64,000 nucleotides of DNA from the NCBI GenBank assembly GCA_963754655.1, contig CAVWGN010000001.1:2304001-2368000 (forward strand), in the 5' to 3' direction. The notes beneath the pieces were generated by a model. It made no database searches. It saw only the letters and a program-made list of their open reading frames with translations, and was not told the DNA's origin. The stretch comes from an uncultured Chlamydiae bacterium (GTDB taxonomy: Bacteria; Chlamydiota; Chlamydiia; Chlamydiales; Parachlamydiaceae). Of this stretch, positions 60,901-64,000 are shown piece after piece (position 1 is the first letter of the stretch; each line of letters opens with the position of its first letter). Both the position numbers and the translations under genes were made by a program.

Positions 60901-63658
60901 CCTTTCTGTATCAATTCCACGTGAAAAGATCACCGTTTTCACCGGACCTTCTGGCTCGGGCAAATCCTCTCTTGCCTTCGAAACAATTTATGCTGAAGGA
61001 CAAAGACGCTATATTGAATCACTTTCACCTTATGCCCGTCAATTTGTCAAGCAAATGCCTAAACCAAAAGTCGGCCATGTCAGTGGACTATCGCCCGCCA
61101 TTGCCATCGAGCAAAAGGCGCATGCTGGAAATCCACGGAGCACAGTAGGAACCATGACGGAAATCTATGATTATTTGCGCATTCTTTTTGCACGACTGGG
61201 CGTTCCGCATTGTCCTGAAACAGGTGAGATCATTCAAGCAATTAGCAAAGAGCACGTCGTTGAACGTCTTCTTTCTTATCCAGTAGGCGAACGCTTGCAC
61301 ATTTTGGCGCCCTTAGATCTAGGCAAGCAAGAGCGTTTTGAGGAGGTTATGGCACGTTTAAAGCGGCAAGGCTTTACACGCATTCGCCTCAACGGCACAT
61401 TTTATGAATTGGAGCAAGAAAGAGGAGGAGCTGGCATTCCCTTTGACCGCAAACGTAAAAATGAATTGTCTTTAGTCATCGACCGCTTAAAAGTTGATCC
61501 TTCAGTCAAAGCTCGGCTTTACGAAGCTGTTGAAAATGCGGCTTCTATAGCAGGAAATAAGCTTATCGTCTTACGGGAAGATAAAGAGATTCCATTTAAT
61601 TTAGCTTTTGCTGTCGAAAGTACTGGAAAATCTTATCCAGAAATTACCCCCCATACTTTTGCTTTTAATACACCAGAAGGGATGTGCCCCGATTGCATGG
61701 GATTAGGTTATCAATATGGCGCTAACCTGATCCATAATCCTGATATCTTGGAACATTCCATTCTTGGTTTGATGCGTTATTTATGGCAGGACAACTTCAG
61801 CCAATCTTCCTTTACCTTTGTAGAGCAATTCCTTGAAAAAGAGGGTATCGATCCCTATACTCCGCTGCATCAGCTTCCTATTGATAAAATTCAACTGCTC
61901 ATGCAAGGCATGCCTGAAGATCAATGGCTAGCCGACTCTTCTGGGCTGCGCTTCCGCTGGCTGGGCATCAACTCTGTCATGGCGAAAGCTGGGAAAAGTG
62001 CAACCACTGCCTTGCGTGAAGCAGTGATTCCCCTATTGCAAGAACAAACCTGCTTATCTTGCCAAGGAGCGCGTATTAATCCTTTGGCCCGCCATGTCAC
62101 CATTCAAGATCTTGCCATTCAAGATGTGTGCCATCTATCCATCGAACAAGCCTTGAATTTTGTACAACGACTGCATTTGGACCAGCAAGAATTGAAGCTT
62201 TTAGAAGAAGTACAAACACAACTCATTCATCGCCTACGGTTTTTATGTGAAGTTGGATTGCACTATTTATCCCTTGAAAGGCGCGCTCCCTCCCTTAGCG
62301 GCGGCGAAGCGCAACGCATTCGCTTAGCACGACAGCTTGGCAGTGGGTTAACAGGCGTTCTCTATGTTCTGGATGAACCGACCATTGGGTTACATCCTAG
62401 AGACAATGCCCGATTGAATGCCGCCCTCAAACAACTCAAAGAATTGGGCAATACCTTGCTCATGGTCGAACACGACCCTCTCACAATCGCTACAGCTGAT
62501 TACATTTTGGATTTTGGACCCCAATCAGGCGAACATGGGGGTCACATTACCGCACGTGGCACTTTAAAACAAATTCTGCGTAATTCACACTCTTTGACCG
62601 GATCTTATTTATCAGGCAAAAAACAGATTCCCACTCCTCCTCAGCGCCGCCTTCCTCACAAGGGAATGATTTCCATTCGTAATGCCTCCAAAAATAATTT
62701 AAAGCATTTGAATGTCGATATTCCTGTTGGGGTTCTGACTTGTTTGACAGGGGTATCAGGATCTGGAAAATCCACACTGCTGCAGCAGATTTTATTACCC
62801 GCTCTGGAGCGCCGGTTTGCTTCTGATTCTGTAGTCATTGAAGGAGCAACTCTTTCAGGTCTCGCTCAATTTGATAAAGTCATTTCAATTGACCAAGATC
62901 CCATTGGACACACCATTCGCTCAGATGTTGGGACCTATGTCGATGTGTTGACTCGTATTCGCGATTTTTTTACCAGTCTACCTGTAGCCAAGACAAAGGG
63001 ATTACAACCCAAGCATTTTAGCTATAATCATCGAAAAGGAATGTGTTCAGCTTGTTGGGGATTAGGTTATCGCCGTGTGGAAATGCATTTTCTACCTGCT
63101 GTCAAAGTTATCTGCGACGAGTGTCATGGGATGCGTTTAAATCCCCTCAGCCTCGAAGTCGCTTATAAAGGAAAAAATGTAGGACAATATCTTGATACAA
63201 CAGTAGACGAAGCCCGTCTTGCTTTTGAAAATCATCCTCGCATTACCCGCATTTTAGACACCTTAATCGCGGTAGGACTCGGCTACGTTAAGCTAGGACA
63301 AGAAACGGCCAGCCTCTCAGGTGGAGAAGCACAGCGCCTCAAACTAAGCCGCGAGCTCGCAAAACGCTCAACAGGCAAAACACTTTATCTCTTAGATGAA
63401 CCTACCACAGGACTCCACAGCGAAGATATTCAAAAACTTTTAATCGTCCTCCATCGATTAGTTGATAAGGGTAATACCATGATCTTAATCGAACATCAGC
63501 TGGATATGATTAAAAATGCCGATTATCTCATCGACCTTGGACCCGAAGCTGGAGAACAAGGAGGCTTTATTGTCTGTACAGGAACCCCTGAACAAGTCGC
63601 AACTTTCCAGAATTCTTGGACAGGAAAGTATTTGAAAGATAGTTTTAATTTTTGTTAA
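57953..63658 (+). CDS. uvrA: Excinuclease ABC subunit A, tandemly doubled form
   Basis: Four GxSGSGKS Walker A motifs, four LSGGEAQR signatures, CxxC zinc modules; ATG at 57953 is the likely start. Confidence 0.97.
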   Translation: MNHEQIILKKVRVHNLKAIDLTLDKNELIVFTGVSGSGKSSLAFDTIYMEGQRRYVESLSTFARRQMGELTKPDLEHASGISPTISIEQKTAGRNPRSTVGTLTEIYDYLRVLYARIGIPHCPVSGEPVRPQSRERIIKSVESLPLRTKIMILAPYARGKKAEFREDFQELIRKGYMRTRVDGKIVNLTDALTLDGNVAHDVDVVIDRLTVEPNAHSRIADSIMQALQLGQGVCSVLDTETSEEQLFSMHAYSPKSGLSYTSLEPHDFSFNSPSGMCLRCQGMGNIQEFNLDLIINPDLSIAEDCCSVASSYQTVRYGNIYDNLAEQYRFSVHTPWKKLSKEAKKVFLHGTDKKWTRMRFVHPVTGAFWNDHIQWRGVLHDAHSRFAEAKSDNYRKKMQALMSIQTCPECHGERIKPYPAATLIQGKRIRALTAMTVDECQRFFQELNFSRQELIIAEELLKEIRQRLQFLLEVGLHYLTLDRTAPTLSGGEAQRVRLASQIGCGLVGITYILDEPSIGLHPRDNRKLIDTLKHLRNMGNTVIVVEHDEETIWEADRVVDFGPGAGIKGGEILVNGDIANLLQNKQSVTGAYLSGKKQIPIPSQRRKPTLELLKIVKAQHHNLKNLTISIPLGLFVAVTGVSGSGKSSLITDILYPALSNLLHGGEHSVGAHQAIEGVQAIDKVIAIDQSPIGRNPRSNPATYIKLFDEIRDLFSQLPESQARGYKPGRFSFNVKEGSCTQCEGMGQIKVDMDFMEDAWIDCPLCKTKRFDSETLAVLYKEKNIYDILEMSVGEAFEFFANIPSIRHKLETLKQVGMDYIKLGQSSTTLSGGEAQRIKLAKELARPATGKTLYILDEPTTGLHFHDIKHLLEVLQALVAKGNTVLVIEHNMDVVKTADWVIDLGPEGGEGGGRLVAEGDPEYIATLETPTGLAIREALYPHKAEKVKAALDNQRRNRLSKKKRQAAIIHEITVTGAEQNNLKHLSVSIPREKITVFTGPSGSGKSSLAFETIYAEGQRRYIESLSPYARQFVKQMPKPKVGHVSGLSPAIAIEQKAHAGNPRSTVGTMTEIYDYLRILFARLGVPHCPETGEIIQAISKEHVVERLLSYPVGERLHILAPLDLGKQERFEEVMARLKRQGFTRIRLNGTFYELEQERGGAGIPFDRKRKNELSLVIDRLKVDPSVKARLYEAVENAASIAGNKLIVLREDKEIPFNLAFAVESTGKSYPEITPHTFAFNTPEGMCPDCMGLGYQYGANLIHNPDILEHSILGLMRYLWQDNFSQSSFTFVEQFLEKEGIDPYTPLHQLPIDKIQLLMQGMPEDQWLADSSGLRFRWLGINSVMAKAGKSATTALREAVIPLLQEQTCLSCQGARINPLARHVTIQDLAIQDVCHLSIEQALNFVQRLHLDQQELKLLEEVQTQLIHRLRFLCEVGLHYLSLERRAPSLSGGEAQRIRLARQLGSGLTGVLYVLDEPTIGLHPRDNARLNAALKQLKELGNTLLMVEHDPLTIATADYILDFGPQSGEHGGHITARGTLKQILRNSHSLTGSYLSGKKQIPTPPQRRLPHKGMISIRNASKNNLKHLNVDIPVGVLTCLTGVSGSGKSTLLQQILLPALERRFASDSVVIEGATLSGLAQFDKVISIDQDPIGHTIRSDVGTYVDVLTRIRDFFTSLPVAKTKGLQPKHFSYNHRKGMCSACWGLGYRRVEMHFLPAVKVICDECHGMRLNPLSLEVAYKGKNVGQYLDTTVDEARLAFENHPRITRILDTLIAVGLGYVKLGQETASLSGGEAQRLKLSRELAKRSTGKTLYLLDEPTTGLHSEDIQKLLIVLHRLVDKGNTMILIEHQLDMIKNADYLIDLGPEAGEQGGFIVCTGTPEQVATFQNSWTGKYLKDSFNFC

Positions 63659-63762
63659 TTTATTTAGTAATAAATTGATTTAAATATTTAAATTTGATAA
63701 TATATTTTTATTATAAAATAAGCGTAAAAATAAATTATAATTTATTTATTTAATGAGGTTAA

Positions 63763-64000
63763 ATGCTGAACATTGATTTAAATACTCAGTTTACAAAAGA
63801 AATTCTTTTAAATACTTTTAACACTAGCGTCCAGTTTGTTTCTAAGTGGAAGGAGAGAGCTATTCAATGGATTATAAATTTGCCTGAGCAAAACAATCCC
63901 CATATGACCCTAGCGATTTTCGCAACTGCTAATCTTTTCTTTTTTATCATGATCAATGCTATAGCTAATGGATTGGATGAACGCGTCAATAGCACTCCAC
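63763..64000 (+). CDS. Partial hypothetical protein running off the window end
   Basis: gagg RBS, ATG at 63763, open to the end (MLNIDLNTQFTKEILL...), one hydrophobic stretch. Confidence 0.6.
   Translation, partial: MLNIDLNTQFTKEILLNTFNTSVQFVSKWKERAIQWIINLPEQNNPHMTLAIFATANLFFFIMINAIANGLDERVNSTP

Noticed and set aside
1..64000. tRNA or rRNA genes
   Set aside because: None recognised; the GC-rich structured segments are explained by the palindromic elements

Overview
AT-rich bacterial chromosome segment, most likely from an environmental chlamydia (Parachlamydiales/Protochlamydia-like). The taxon is inferred from the chlamydial-type L36, the rnpA-rpmH/rpmJ-rpsN layout, nusB-murB, dacA-ybbR, pyk near a doubled ~1900-aa UvrA, and several F-box/RING effector-like genes. 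Housekeeping genes flank a ~27-kb accessory block (20.9-47.4 kb) between cydA and folP. The block is a tandem array of nine paralogous genes. Each encodes a Ser/Thr-rich N-terminus, a bipartite NLS-like motif, an F-box-like segment, a conserved ~250-aa region, 2-14 near-identical 36-aa TPR-like repeats (79 in total) and a 16-aa terminal half-repeat. Repeat variation is concentrated at a few groove-facing positions, including an adjacent hypervariable di-residue, which suggests a modular, TALE-reminiscent specificity code. The array is interleaved with nested palindromic REP/MITE-like elements ending in CTAG or GGCC, an apparently intact IS481-family element and a decayed transposase element of unclear family. 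Other notable items are a RING-H2+F-box-like+ankyrin protein, a NadB homologue lacking catalytic motifs, and a large protein with a papain-like Q-x5-C motif. All calls come from reading the sequence; no database searches were run.
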